Part shown: one piece after another, positions 22,935 through 36,407 of the stretch
How the letters are laid out: every line of letters starts with the position of its first letter
Position numbering within the stretch: the first letter of the stretch is position 1
From: Squalus acanthias
Lineage: Eukaryota
Direction: 5' to 3'
DNA: 64,000 nt
Assembly (NCBI GenBank): GCA_030390025.1
Contig: CM059431.1
Span: 151,406,001 to 151,470,000 of the forward strand
Position numbers and translations under genes: made by a program
Notes under the pieces: model-generated
What the model saw: only the letters and a program-made list of their open reading frames with translations
Told to the model about the DNA's origin: nothing
Databases searched by the model: none

Positions 22935-23255
22935 TTTGAACACATTTGGCACGGAGCCACAAAAGGAGATATTACATCAGATGACCATGAGGTAGGTGTT
23001 AAGGAGTGCCTTAAAGGAGGAGAGAGGAATATAAAGGCGGAGAGCATTTGGGAGGGAATTCCAGAGCTTTGAGCCGAGGCAGCTGTAGGCCATGGCCGCC
23101 AATGACGGGGCGAATAAAATCTGGGGCAGGGGGTGCGCAAGAGGCCAGAATTGGAGGAGCACGGCGAACGTCGAGGGTTGCAGGGCTGGAGGAGGTGACA
23201 GTGATCGGGAGCGGACGAGGGCCATGGAGGATTTGAAAACAAGGATGGGAAAATG
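22935..23255 (-). mobile_element. L2 LINE 3' fragment (paralog ~48350-48665)
   Basis: AYSCLGSKLWNSLPNALRLYIPLSSFKALLNTYL resembles the L2 ORF2 C-terminus. Confidence 0.7.
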
Positions 23256-23459
23256 AGAAGGTTGAGAGCAGATTTGAAGGAGGTGCTCAAAATCAAGAGG
23301 GATCTGGACAGAGTCGATAGAGTCGAAACTGTTCCCACTGAGGGAAGGGTCGAGAACCAAAGGACACAGATTGAAGGTGATTGGCGAAAGCACCAAAGGC
23401 GAAGAAAGAACACATTTCTTTATGCGTTGAGTGATTAAGATCTGGAAAGCGCTGTACGA

Positions 23460-23802
23460 AACGCAGCAACCAATTTCGAACAGCAAGTTCTCTCAAAAAA
23501 CAATGCGATAATGTTCAGACAATCTCTTCTTTTGTGGGGTAAATATTGGTCCAGGACACTTGTGATCTGCTCTACTCTTCTCTCCAACATTGGGGTGAGA
23601 TTGATTATGTCCACCTGAGAGAGCAGAAGCAGTTTAACGTCTCGTCCAGAAGACGGAATTGCTGACTGTGCAGCGCTCTCTTCGTACTGCACTGGATTGT
23701 GAGCCCAGATTAGGTGCTTAAATCCCTGGAGTGAGACTTGAACCCAGGACTAATTCGCGGCTTTAGATGTGAGTGCCCTAACAACTGAGCCCAGGCTGGC
23801 GC
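23460..23802 (-). mobile_element. tRNA-headed Deu-domain SINE (SacSINE1-like); paralog ~48872-49217
   Basis: Reverse complement of the SINE at 25667: A box GGCTCAGTTG, B box GGTTCAAGTC, Deu-like core. Confidence 0.7.
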
Positions 23803-24747
23803 AGTAAAAGATCACAACTTTAGAGAAGAGCAGGGAATTCTCACCGGTGTCCTTGAGAAAGTATTTAATTGTCTGTAAAACTCTTTCCGACGTCCCGTGG
23901 ACGTGATAGACGCAGTATAAATGCAACTCATTCTTACACTTTTAAATTATTCTCACATTTGCATTGTCTCTCTCTGTCTGAGCACTGCTGCACATCGGAG
24001 TAAGGGAAGTTTGTTTATTTTCCATTCCCAGAACAGTGTCGGCAACAGATAGACAACGCCAGGCCATTCCGGAGAGACGTTCGGAAAGATTTCTTCATGC
24101 AAAGGATGGTGGAAGTGTGGAATTCTCTCCGACAGATGTGAGTGCGCCACCAACTGAGCCAAGGCTGGCGCAGTAATGAGAAGAGTAGGAGAGTTCTCCC
24201 GGTGTCTTACAGAAAGTATTTAATTGGCTGTAAAACGCTTTGCGACGTCCTGTGGGAGTGATAGGCGCTGTATAAATGCAACTCCTCCTTACACTTTTAA
24301 ATTGTTCTCAGATTCCCATTGTCTCTCTCTGTCTGAGGTCTGTTGCACATCGGAGTAGTGGTAAGTTTCAGCACCAGATAGACAAAGCCAGGCCATTCTG
24401 GAGAGAATTTAGGAAACATTTCTTCATGCAAAGGATGGTGGAAGTGTGGAATTCTCTCCGACAGAAAACTGTTCAATCAATTATTTTAAATCGGATATCG
24501 GTTGAGTTTTGCTAGGCAAGGGTATAAAAGGACATGGAGCCAAGAAGAGAAGAAGGTGGGGATGAAGGTCGGATACAGATCAGCAATGATCTTATCTTTC
24601 TTTCTTTCAAACCTTACTTTCCTAGAGGAACATAAAACGCCAGCAATTTGTTTCTGCCTGAATATTTTTCAATTGAAACCAATTTTTGTGGTAGCCTATA
24701 ATCTAACGTCGGTGCTGTAAATTGCTGTTTCCATTGAGTGGAAGCAG

Positions 24748-24820
24748 CGCTCGAAGAGGGACTTGAACCTTGGAACCTCACGTTAAAATTCTGCGGCTCT
24801 ACCGACTGAACATTCCGGAC
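24748..24820 (-). pseudogene. tRNA-Lys(UUU) pseudogene
   Basis: rc GTCCGGAATGTTCAGTCGGTAGAGCCGCAGAATTTTAACGTGAGGTTCCAAGGTTCAAGTCCCTCTTCGAGCG; anticodon stem broken. Confidence 0.8.
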
Positions 24821-25047
24821 ACGGAAGTGCAAATGAAACAGCGGCACTGAGTGGCTGTTTCAGGAATTACATTTCCTTCACTTCCTGTCACAGCTGCCAT
24901 CACCGTCACCCAATTGCTTCAGCTCGACACCTCTTCAAGCTGATTCTATCTCAAAAATACGAACAGCCATCAACCTGCCCCGAGTCTGCACCGAACTGAA
25001 ATGAACCTTTCTCCTGAATCTGAACTCTTCTCTTCAATCTGATACAT

Positions 25048-25175
25048 AAAGAAAATACAGCAGATGCTGGAAATCTGAAATAAAAACAGAAAATGCTGGT
25101 GATACTCAGCCGGTCAGGCAGCATCTGTGAAGAGAGAAACAGAGTTAACGTTTCAGATCGATGATCTTTCGTTCG
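25048..25175 (-). mobile_element. Penelope family B terminal fragment with half a hammerhead (paralog ~50148-50275)
   Basis: GATGCTGGAAATCTGAAATAAAAACAGAAAATGCTGG..GTTAACGTTTCAG similar to 7010-7120. Confidence 0.7.
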
Positions 25176-25666
25176 GGAGTTCATGTCCACAGATCCCTCA
25201 AGGTAGCAGAATAGGTAGACAAGACGGTGAAGGAGGCATAAGGGGTACTTGCCTTTATTAGCCGAGGCATAGAATATAAGAGCTGGGAAGTTATGCTAGA
25301 ATTGCGTGAAACTCTAGTTTCGCCACTGCTTGAATACTGCGTGCAGTTGTGGTCACCACATTAGAAGAGGGATGTGATTGCACTAGAGAGAGCTAGTGCA
25401 GGGCTACGGGAGAAGTGCTTGGGTGTGGGACTAGCTGACAGAAGGCACGGGTTCGACAGGCCGAATGGCCTTGTCCCGTGAAGCAAACATTCTATGATTC
25501 CATTCTATAATTCTAACTTGTCCTGCCACCTTCAAAAGTGTGTGTACTTAACACCCCAGCGTTGAGATTTACGAGAAGGGAGTCAGATTGTGGACAAGGA
25601 ATGAGATTGAAGAGTAAGGGTAAGATTGAAGAGAACTGCTCTTCTGCAAAGATGAAAATTTTTATT

Positions 25667-26112
25667 GCGCCAGCCTTGGCTCAGTTGGTAGGCCATTCAC
25701 ATCTGAAGTCGCGAATTAGTCCTGGGTTCAAGTCTCTCTCCATGGATTTAAGCACCTAATCTAGGCTGACAATGCAGTGCAGTACCAAGAGAGCGCTGCA
25801 CAGTCAGCAATTCCGTCTTTTGGATGAGACGTTAAATCGCTTCTGCCCTCTCAGGTGGACATAAGCAATGTCACGCCCACATTTGGAGAGAAGTGAAGAG
25901 GAGTTCTCCCCAGTGCCCTGGCCCAATATTTACCACACTAAAGAAGAGCTTGTCAGATCATCGTGGCATTGTTGTTTGTGGGATCTTGCTGTTCGAAAAT
26001 TGGTTGCTGCCTGTCCTGCATTTCAATAGTTCAAAAGTACTTCATGGTTTGTAAGGCGCTTTGTGACGTCTGTGGTTGTAAAAGGCGCTATATTAATGCA
26101 AATTATTTCTTC
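25667..26112 (+). mobile_element. Deu-domain SINE (SacSINE1-like); paralogs ~31117-31560 and ~50769-51215
   Basis: TGGCTCAGTTGG A box, GGTTCAAGTC B box, core GCTGACAATGCAGTGCAGTAC..GTCTTTTGGATGAGACGTTAAA..CTCTCAGGTGGAC, tail GGCGCTATATTAATGCAA. Confidence 0.75.
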
Positions 26113-26589
26113 GAATATTGCAATGGGATCTTCCACATCCATCTGAGAGGGCATCCATTAATGGGAATAAGAAGCATGTGTGATATATAAGGGGGCAGCC
26201 GTTTCGCTATCGCCCGTTTCACACCATCGCACTGAGTCAATATTACCGGATTATCACAGCATTCAGTCTGGAACCAGTCCCCAGGTTGGGAAATGCACCG
26301 GTGTGAATGCTGGGTTCACTGATTAGATTCGCACGGCAATAGTGTCTTGGTGACACGCTGGAGAGTTCCTGTCACCCGCGCTCTGTTAACTAAGGTAACA
26401 CACAGTGAGGGGGATGGAGAGAACAAAACAGGCCTTTTTCAATATATTCGCAGAATGCTTCATTTATTGTAATGCAACATAAATTATCTTTCAATATATC
26501 AGGGCACAGAACGTCAGGAGACTATTGCCCAGTTGCTTTTTATCTATATCTACGAAAGGAGCCGCTTCTGGTTGTGTTTTTTAAAGTTT

Positions 26590-27690
26590 TACAGCATCAG
26601 ATATTTGCAGATGATACATAACTTGGCGTAGTCGTTGATAATGAAGAATAAAGGTGCGGACTGAAGGAAGATATCAATGGACTGGGCTGGTGGGAAGTAC
26701 AGCGGTAAATTGAATTCAATCTGGAGAAGTGTGAGGTAACACATTTGGGGAGGACTAACACGGCAACGGAATACACAATAAATGGCAGGAAACTGAGAAG
26801 TGCAGAGGATCATAGGGACCTTGGAGTGCATGTCCACAGATCCCTGAAGATAGCAGGACAGGTAGACACCATGGTGAAGAAGGCATATGTGATATTTGCC
26901 GTTATAAGCCGAGGCATAGAAAATAAGAGCAGGGAGGTTATGTTAGAATTGCATAAATCACTAGTTAGGCCACAACTTGAATACTGCGTGCAGTTGTGGT
27001 CACCACATTACAGGAAGGATGTGATTGCACCAGAGAAAGTGCAGAGGAGATTTACGAGGATGTTGCCTGGGTTGGGGAATTTTAGCTGTGAGGAAAGTTT
27101 GGATAGGCTGGGTTGTTTCCATTGATACAGAGGAGGATGAGTGGAGACCTAATTGAGATGTATAAAATTATGAAAAGCCTAGATAGAGTGGTTAGGAAGG
27201 ACGTATTTCGCTCAGCAAAAGTGTCCCAAATCAGGGGGGATAGACTTAAAGTAATTGGTAGGAGGTTTGGGATTTAAGGGGAAATGTTTTCACCCAGAGG
27301 GTGGTGGGGTTCTGATAACTCATTTCCTGAAAGAATGGTAGAAGCAGAAACCCTCATCACATTGAAAAAGTACTTGGATATGAAATTGATGTGCCATAAA
27401 CTACAAGGCTGCGGGCCAAGTGCTGGAGTGTGGGTTTAGGTTTTATAGCTCTGTTTCGGCCGGCATGGACAAGATGTGCCAAATGGTCTCCTTCTGTGCT
27501 GTAGGTTTCTATGAATGCAGGAATAGCATAGATGCATTTAAAGGAAGCTGGATAAAAACATGAGGGAGATAGGTATTGAAGGATATGCTGAATGGGTTGG
27601 ATGAAGAGGGGGTTTGAAGGAGGCTCGTGTGGAGCATAAACATCAGCACAGAGAATTAGGGCCGAATGGCCTGTGTCTGTGTTGTAGACT
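26590..27690 (+). mobile_element. CR1 3' fragments (paralogs ~32035-33140 and ~51690-54370)
   Basis: FADD remnant, RDLGVHVHRSLK, LVRPQLEYCVQLWSPHYRKD, 3' UTR. Confidence 0.85.
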
Positions 27691-28299
27691 CGCTGTAACA
27701 CGAGCATATGAAGTAAAGTTTGGAAGCATTTTCCACTATATAAAAGCCTCGAATGCGCACCCAAAATAACTGAGCGGACGCGGAACACTTTTCAAACTAA
27801 TAAGTCCGGATATAAATAAGGTGTATTTCAAATATTGACTGATCCGCAATTCCGAAAGCTACAGGCGAGTATTTGGTGAAAAGAAACATCTGAGAGCCAA
27901 GAGGGAACTTTATGAAACATGACAGGAAGCAGTCAGAAGGAAGAGTAATACAAACTAACACCGCCCCGTACACAGAAACATTTGTTCGAATCAATCAATC
28001 GAATTTCAATAAAAGCACTCAGAGTGTTGCCAACAATAGAAGCAAACACTGAACTTTTCCCCTGAGATCTGTTCTGATTGGGTGGCGTTTCAGTCAACTG
28101 ACAATCTGTCGTCACACACTGAAAATGATTCATATTTATATTGATATTTATATCTGTAGGCATTCCAATTACACAATGATTTACATTCGTCACTCTCACT
28201 GGAACAAATAGATTCAGACACCATCTGGTGTTGTTTTGATATTAATAAGTCGGTTAAACACTTTATATGCACTGCCTGAAGGTAGATAAAGGTCTGAAT

Positions 28300-28640
28300 G
28301 ATTACAGTGTGAAACAGGGAGACACCAGCAGAGTGAGATAGATAAAGGTGAGACTCAATGCAGTGAGTGATACAGGGAGACACCAGCAGAGGGAGAGAGA
28401 TACAGGTGTGAGTGAGAAAAGTGAGTGATACAGAGAGACACCAGCAGAGTGAGATAGATAAAGGTGAGACTCAGCGCTGTGAGTGATACAGGGAGACACC
28501 ATCAGAGGAAGAGAGATACAGGTGGGAGTGAGAAAAGTGAGTGATACAGAGAGACACCAACAGAGGGATGTAGATAAAGGTGAGATTGAGAACAGTCAGT
28601 GAAAGAGCCAGACACCAGCAGAGGGAGATGGATAAAGGTA
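28300..28640. repeat. ~58-bp purine-rich minisatellite
   Basis: Unit GAGACACCAGCAGAGGGAGAGAGATAAAGGTGAGACTGAGTACAGTGAGTGATACAG; about 6 copies. Confidence 0.85.
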
Positions 28641-28647
28641 TTCCAGA

Positions 28648-28708
28648 ACCCAGATAGCTCAGTCGGTAGCGTATCAGACTTTGAATCTGAGAAACCAGAG
28701 TTCAAGTC
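28648..28708 (+). pseudogene. 3'-truncated tRNA-Lys-derived pseudogene
   Basis: ACCCAGATAGCTCAGTCGGTAGCGTATCAGACTTTGAATCTGAGAAACCAGAGTTCAAGTC. Confidence 0.75.
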
Positions 28709-28809
28709 AATAGGAACAACAATTCCAAGCAATAACATGAGATTATAACCAGTTCAATTCACCTCGGTAGTGGGGAATCTACGATATAACATTAAAATGA
28801 CAAAATTAA

Positions 28810-30120
28810 AAGTCACTTGGATAGGTTTGGATTAATTAAGGAAAGCCAGAACGGATTTCTTAAAGCCCAATCCAGTTTAACCAACTCGGTCGAGTATTTT
28901 GATAAGGTAACAGAGAGGGTTGATGAGAGTACTGCGTTTGATGTAGTGTATATGGATTTCCAAAAGGCGTTCGATAAACTGCCACATAATAGGATCGCAA
29001 GCAAAGTTGAAAGCCATAGAATAATAGGGACTGTGGCACATGGATACGAAATTGGCTAAATGACAAGAAACAGAGAATAGTAGTGAAGGGTAGTTTTTCG
29101 GACTGGAGGAACGTATAGAGTGGTGTTCCCCAGGGGTCGGTTCTAGGACCACAGCTTTTCTTGATATATATTAATGAATTTGACGATGGATGTACAGTGC
29201 ACAATTTCAAATTAGCAGATGACACAAAACTTGGAGGTATATTGAATAGTGAGGAGGAGAGTGCTAGACATCAGGAAGACATAAGAAGTCTGTTGAAATG
29301 GGCGGACACGTGGCAGATGAATTTTAACGCAGATAAGTGTGAAGTGATACATTTTGGTAGAACGTATGAGCAGAGGACTTATGTACTAATTGGTACAAGA
29401 ATAAAGGGTGTGCACGATCAGAGAGACCTGCGGGTATATGTGTACAAATCGTTCAACGTTTCAGGGCAGTTTCAAAAAGCAGTTAAAAATGCTTACGGGA
29501 TCCTGGGCTTCATAAATAGAGTACAGAACTGTGGAATGTATGATTAACCTGTGTAAAAAATTGGTTCGGCCCCAACTGGAGTAATGTGTCCAATTCTGGG
29601 CATCACACTTTAGGAAGGATATGAAGGTGTTAGAGAGGGTGCAGAAAAGATTTAAGAGAACGATTCCAAGAATGAGGGACTTTAGTTACATTGATAGACT
29701 GGAGAAGCTGGGTTGTTCTCCTTGCATCTGAGAAGATCCAGAGGAGATTTGATAGATATGCTCAAAATTATGAGGGGTCTGGACAGAGTAGATAGAGATA
29801 AACTGTTCCCATTGACGGAAGGGTCCAGAACCAGGGGACACAGATTTAAGTTGATTGGCAAAAGAATCAAAGGCAACGTAACAAAAAACTGTTTAAAGCA
29901 GCGAGAGATTAAGATCTGGAATGCACTGCCTGAAAGCGTGGTGAAGGCAGAGTCAATCTTACCTTTCAAAAGGGAGTTGGATGAGCATCTGAAGGGTAAA
30001 CAATTGCAGGGCTAAGGGGAAAGGGCTGGGTAGTGGGACTAGCTGAGAGGCGGCACGGGTTCGACGGGCCGAATGGCCTTGTTCCGAGCTCTATCCATTC
30101 TATGATTCCATTCTTTGATT
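28810..30120 (+). mobile_element. CR1 RT to 3' UTR, degenerate
   Basis: DVVYMDFQKAFDK, LADDTKLGG, WNALPE, 3' UTR. Confidence 0.9.
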
Positions 30121-30445
30121 CTAACTTCTCCTGCCCCCTTCAAAGATTTGTGTGCATAACCCCCGGGCGGTGAGATTAAGGAGAAGGGAGTCAGATTGTG
30201 GACAAGGAATGAGATTGAGGAGTAAGGATCAGATTGAAGTGAAGAGTTAAGATTCAGGAGATAGGGTCATTTCAGTTCGGAGCAGACTCGGGGTAGGTTG
30301 ATGGCTGTTAATATGTTTGAGGTAGAAAGTGCTTGAAGAGGGGTCGAGCTGATGCAATGGAGTGATGGTGCGTGTCTTCAAGGAGTGAAGGAAATGTAAT
30401 TACTGCAACAGCCACTCAGTGCCGCTGTTTTATTTGCATTTCAGA

Positions 30446-30518
30446 GTCCGGATAACTCAATCGGTAGACCATTAGACATTTAAGCTGAGGGTCCAGGGTT
30501 GAAGTCCCTTTTCAGGCT
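30446..30518 (+). pseudogene. tRNA-Lys(UUU) pseudogene
   Basis: GTCCGGATAACTCAATCGGTAGACCATTAGACATTTAAGCTGAGGGTCCAGGGTTGAAGTCCCTTTTCAGGC. Confidence 0.8.
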
Positions 30519-33371
30519 CTGCTTGTAATCAATGGAAATAGCAATTTACAGCACCGACGTCAGATTATAACCTATTACAAAAATCGTTTTAAATTGAAAA
30601 ATATTCATGTATTTTATTGAGAGAGCAGAAACGAATTGCTCGTTTTTTATGGTCCTCTAAGAAAGTAAGATTTGAAAGAATGAAAGATACGGTCATGGCT
30701 GATCTGTATCCGAACTCCAACCCCCAGCCTTGGCTCCATATCCTTTTATAACCTTGTCTAGCAAAACTCAATCGATCTCCGTTTTAAAATGATTATATGA
30801 ACTGTTTTCTGTGGGAGAGAATTCCACACTTCCACGAACCTTTGCATGAAGAAGTGTTTCCTAAGTTCTCTCCAGAATGGCCTAGCTTTGTCTATCTGGT
30901 GCTGACACTTGCCACTACTCCGATGAGCAGCAGTCCTCAGACCGAGAGACACAATGGAAATCATAGAAAAATTTAAAAGTGTAAGGAGGAGTTGCATTTA
31001 TACAGCGCCTATCACTCCCACAGGACGTCGCAAAACGTTTTACAGCCAATTACATACATTCTCAAAGACACCGGGAAGAAGTCCCCTACTCTTCTCATTA
31101 GATGAGTAACTTTATTGCGCCAGACTTGGCTCAGTTTTTAGGGGACTCACATCTGAAGTCGCGAATTATTCCTGGCTTCAAGTCTCACTCCAGGGATTTA
31201 AGCACCTCAATCTAGGCTGACAATGCAGTGCAGTACCAAGAGAGCGCTGCACTGAGGCAATTCCGTCTTTTGGAAGAGACGTTAAACCACGTCTCACTCT
31301 CAGGTGGACATAACCAATCTCACAGTCACACTTGGAGAGAAGTTTAGAGGAGTTCTGCCAAGTGTCTTGGCCCAATATTTACCCTACTAAAGAAGAGATC
31401 GTCTGATCATTATCGCATTGTTGTTTGTGGGATCTTGCTGTTCGAAAATTGGTTGCTACCTTTCCTACATTCCCACAGTTCAAAAGTACTTCATTGGCTG
31501 TAAGGCGCTTTGGGACGTCTGTGTTGTAAAAGGCGCTATATTAATGCAAATTCTTTCTTCGAATAGTGCCATGGGATCTTCCACATCCAACTGAGAGGGC
31601 AGCATTGAATGGCAATAAAAACAATGAGGGATGTAGAAGGGGGCAGTCGTTTCGCTATCGCCGATTTCATACCATCGCAATAAGTCAATATTACCGCTTT
31701 ATCACTGCATTTATTGTGGAACCAATCCCCGGGCTGGGAAATGCACCGGTGAGAATGCTGGGCTCACTGACGAGACTCGCACGGCAATAGTGTCTTGGTG
31801 ACACGCTGGAGAGTTCCTGGCACCCGCGCTCTGTTAACTAAGATAACACACAATGACGGGGAAGGAGAGAACAAAACAGGCCTTTTTCAATATATTCACA
31901 GAATGCTTCATTTATTGAAATGCAAACTTAATCATCTTACAGTTTATCGGGACACAGAACGTCAGGGGACAATTGCCCAGTTGCTCAATTAAGATCTACT
32001 AAAAGGAGTCGCTTCTGGTTAGTTTTTTAAAGCTTTACAGCATCAGAAGTTTGCAGATGATACAAAAATAGGCCGTATTGTTGATAATGAAGAATAAAGC
32101 TGCAGACTGAAGTAATATATCAGCAGACTGGTCTGGTGGGAAGAACAGCGGTAAATGGAATTCAATCCGGTGAATGGTGAGGTAATGCATTTGGGGAGGG
32201 CTAACAAGCCAAGCGAATATACAATGAATGGCCGGCACCTGAGAAGTGCAGCGGATCAGAGGGACCTTGGAGTGCATGTCCACAGATCCCTGAAGGTAGC
32301 AGGACAGGTAGACAAGATGTTGAAGAAGGCATACAGGATACTTGCCTTTATTTGGCGATGCATATAATATAAGAGCAGGGAGGTTATGCTAGAATTGCAT
32401 AAAACACTAGTTAGGCCACAACTTGAATACTGCGTGCAGTTCTGATCAGCACACTACAGGAAGAATGTGATTGATTAGAGAGGGTGCAGAGGAGATTTAC
32501 GAGGATGTGGCTGGAGCTGGGGAAATTTAGATATGAGGTAAGATTGGATAGGCTGGGGTTGCTTTCATTGGAACAGATGAGTCTGAGGGGAGACCTAATT
32601 GAGGTGTATAAAATTATGAGGGTCCTAGAGAGAGTGGGTAGGAAGGACCTATTTCGGTTAGCAGAGTGATAAATAACCAGGGGGCATAGACGTAAAGTAA
32701 CTGGTAGTTGGTTTAGAGAGAAGTTGAGGGGAAAGTATTTCACCCAGATGGTGATGGGTGGTGTGAGAACTCATTTCCTTAAAGAATGGTAGAAGCAGAA
32801 ATTCTCATCACATTTTAAAAGTACTTAGATATGAAATTGATGTGCCATAAACTAAAGCGCTGCGGGGCAAGTGCTGTGGTGTGGGATTAGGTTTGATAAC
32901 TCTTTGTCGGCCGACATGGACAAGATGGGACAAATGGCCTCCTTTTGTGCTGTGAGTTTCTATGATTCCATGACTAGCATAGATGCATTTAAAGGAAGCT
33001 GGATACACATTTGAGGGAGATCGGAATAGAAGGATGTACTGATTGGGTTGGATGAAGAGGAGATTTGGAAGAGGCTTGTGTGGAGCATAAACATCAGCAC
33101 AGACAATTAGGGCGGAATGGCTTGTGTCTGTGTTGTAGACTCGCTGTAACACGAGGATATGAAGTAAAGTTTGGGAGCATTTTCCTCTATATGGAAGCCA
33201 CGAATGCTCACCGAAAAAACCTGAGCGTTTGCGGAACACTTTTCAAACTGCTAAGTCCGGAAACCAGAAAGGGTTATTTCAAATATTGCCTGATCCGAAA
33301 CTCCGAAAGGTACACGCAAGGAGTTGGGGGATAAAAACAGTTGAGAGCGGAAAGGGATCTTTATCAAACAT

Positions 33372-33511
33372 AAATGAGAAGTCGCACAACACCAGGTTAT
33401 AGTCCAAAAGATTTATTTAAAATTACAAGCTTTCGGAGCTGTCGCCCCTTCCTCACGTAGAGTTACTGTGAGAGTCCACCCCAGTCCAACGCCGGCATCT
33501 CCACATCATGA
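33372..33511. mobile_element. 140-bp Penelope-terminus insertion (inverted arm plus tail), TSD TTTAT(C/A)AAACAT
   Basis: TSD at 33360-33371 and 33512-33523; empty paralog TTTATGAAACATGACAGG at ~27909. Confidence 0.85.
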
Positions 33512-33934
33512 TTTATAAAACATTACAGGAAGCAATTAGAAAGAAGAGTAATACAGACTGACACCGCCCCGTACACAGAAAGACTTGTTCCAATCAATCA
33601 ATCGATCTTCAATAGCTGCAGTCAGATTGTAGCCAAGATTAAAGCCAATCATTGACATTTCCCCTGAGATGTGATCTGATTGGGCGGCGTTTCAGGCAAC
33701 TGACCATCTGTCGTAACACGCTGAAAATGATTCATATTTATTTTCACATTTATATCTCTAGGAATCCTTCCCGGGGACAGTCCGATTACACAATGATTTA
33801 CATTTGTCACTCTCACTTAAACAAAGAGATTTCAGCCACCATCTGGTGTTGTTTAGCTATTATTAATTCAGTTAAAACTTTATATGCACAACCTGAAGGT
33901 AGATAGTGATGTGTCTGAGTATAGTGAGAGATTA

Positions 33935-34412
33935 AGGGAGACATCAACAGAGGGAGATAGATAAAGGTGAGACTGAGTTAAGTGAGTGATGCAGGGAGAC
34001 ACCAGCATAGGGAGATAGCTGAAGGTGAGAATGTGTACAGTGAGTGATACCGAGAGACACCGGCAGAGGGAGATGGATAAAGGGGAGTCTGAGTACAGTG
34101 AGTGATCCAGAGAGACACCAACAGAATGGGAGAGATAAAGGTGAGATGGAACACAATAATCCAGGGAGACTCAAGCACAGGAGATATATAAAGGTGAAAC
34201 TGAGTACTGTGAGCGAAACAGAGAAACAACAACAGAGAAAGATCGTTAAAGGTGAGACTGAGTACAGTGAGTGATACAGAGAGACATCAGCAGAGGGTGA
34301 TAGATAAAGGAGAGACTGAGTACAGTAATACAGGGAGAAACCAGCAGAGGGAGATAATTAAAAGTGTGACTGATAAAGTGATACAGAGTGTTACCAACAG
34401 AGGGAGATAGAT
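33935..34412. repeat. ~58-bp minisatellite, diverged copy
   Basis: Same unit as 28300 and 54975. Confidence 0.8.
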
Positions 34413-34689
34413 AATTCGAATAATTTTATTACCATGACCACAAGTGACCTGATTTCCCTCCTAAACACTTCCCTTTCCCCAAAACACAAGTGATCAATCT
34501 GACATATTCCAGAAATGACTGAGTAACTCTTACACCATGCTATGTTTCTGTGAAGATGTTCTTGCTTAAGGCCTCGTTACAGAATTCAACCCACGCACAG
34601 CTTGAAGCTCGTTTAAATCACCATGTTCCGATCCCACAGACTGAACAGAAAGAACATCGAGCTACCCAGGAAGTGTGAACCCTCGTTCC

Positions 34690-35215
34690 CACAAACCAAG
34701 TATGCAGTAAGTGTCTGCCTTTCGAGCAACTTCAGTTCAGAGTTGTTGAGCAGGAGACCGAGGTGCAGAGTTTACGGGGCATCAGGGAGGGTAGAGTGAC
34801 CCGGACACGTTGAACCAGAAGGCAATCACAGCCTTAGGTTAGGTAGTGGTATAGATCTGTTAGTGGTCGTGGCAAGATGCTATGACTTCCAGTTCGAAAG
34901 GTAAGGGGACCCCAGGTGTAGTGTTGGAAGAGCATCGGCCTTTACCCTTATCCACCAGGTACGAGCTTCTTGCTGCCTGTATGGATGAGGGCAAAGTCTG
35001 CCGGGTGGATGCGCAAACTAACTATGATACGGTGGTTTCAAGTGTGGGAGGGAAAAGAACTGTGGTACTGATAGGGGGCAGTATATTCAGAGGGATTCAT
35101 GCTGTTCTCTGCAGCCATGACTGGGAATTCCGAAGACTGCATCGCCTGCCCAGTGCCAGGACTGAGGACATTGCCTCGCACCAGGAGAAGATATTGCTGT
35201 GGGAGGGGGAGGACT
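34690..35215 (+). mobile_element. CR1 ORF1 remnant (zinc finger/leucine zipper and SGNH esterase-like)
   Basis: VCSKCLPFEQLQFRVVEQETEVQSLRGIREG, then PLPLSTRYELL..VVLIGGSIFRG..LPSARTEDI. Confidence 0.7.
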
Positions 35216-36407
35216 GTTGTTTCCCCAATATTTCTGGAAGCTTTTCTGTGTCTTCTACCGGGAAAGTAGTTACGAAGTAGTCATTTAATGTCTCTGCCAA
35301 TTCCTTATTCCCCATTATAACTTCTCCTGCCTCTGCCTTTAAGGGACCCACGTTTCTTTCGCTAACCTCTTACTTTTTACATACCTTTAGAAGCTTTCAC
35401 AATCTTTATTTATGTCTCTTGCTCGTTTACTCTCATATTCTCGTTTCTTTTTCTTGATAAATTTCTTGGTCATCCTTTGCTGAATTCTAATATCCTCCAA
35501 ATCCTCGGGCTTACTGCTCCTTTAGACAACATTATAAGCCTGTACTCCATCACAGCTGTATCTATTTCTCTCTGATGATGTCTCTCTGTATCATTATATT
35601 CAGTCTCAATTTTATCTATCTCTTCCTGTTCTGGTATCTTTCTGTAATACTGTACTCAGTGTCATTTTATCTATCTCCGTCTGTTGATGCATTTTTTTCT
35701 ATCATGGGTTGTGGACGTCGCTTTAAGGGCCAGCATTTAATGCCCATCCCTGATTGCCATTGGGAAGGTGGTGTTAAGCCGCCTTATAAGAACATAAGAA
35801 ACAAGAGCAGGAGTAGACCAATCGGCCCCACGAGCCTGCTCCACCATTCAATAAGATGATTGCTGATGCAATCTTGTCCTCAACATCACTTTCCCGCTGT
35901 CTCCACATACCCCTTCACTCCCTTGTATTTCAATTGTCTGACAATCTCCACTTTGAATATGTTCAATGACTCCGCCTCCACAGCTCTCTGGGGTAGAGAA
36001 TTCCAAAGACTCACCACCCTCTGAGAGAAGAAATTACTCCTCATCTGCGTCTTGAATGGGCGACCCCTTATTCTGAAATTATGTCCCCTCGTTCTAGATA
36101 CCCCCACTAGGGGAAACATCTTCTCAGTAACCACCCTGTCAATCCCCCACAGAATCTCAGATGTTTCAATAAGATCACCTCTTATTCTTCTAAACTACAA
36201 GGAGTATAGGCCCAACCTACTCAACCTTTCGTCATACGTCAGCCCCCTCATCCCAGGAATCAACCTAGTGAACCTTCTCTGCACTGCCTCCAATGCAAGT
36301 ATCTCCTTCCTTAAATATGGAGACCACAACTGTACGCAGTCCTCCAGGTGCGGTCGTACAATTGCTTCAAAATTCCCTACTTTTATACTCCATACCCCTT
36401 GTAATAT

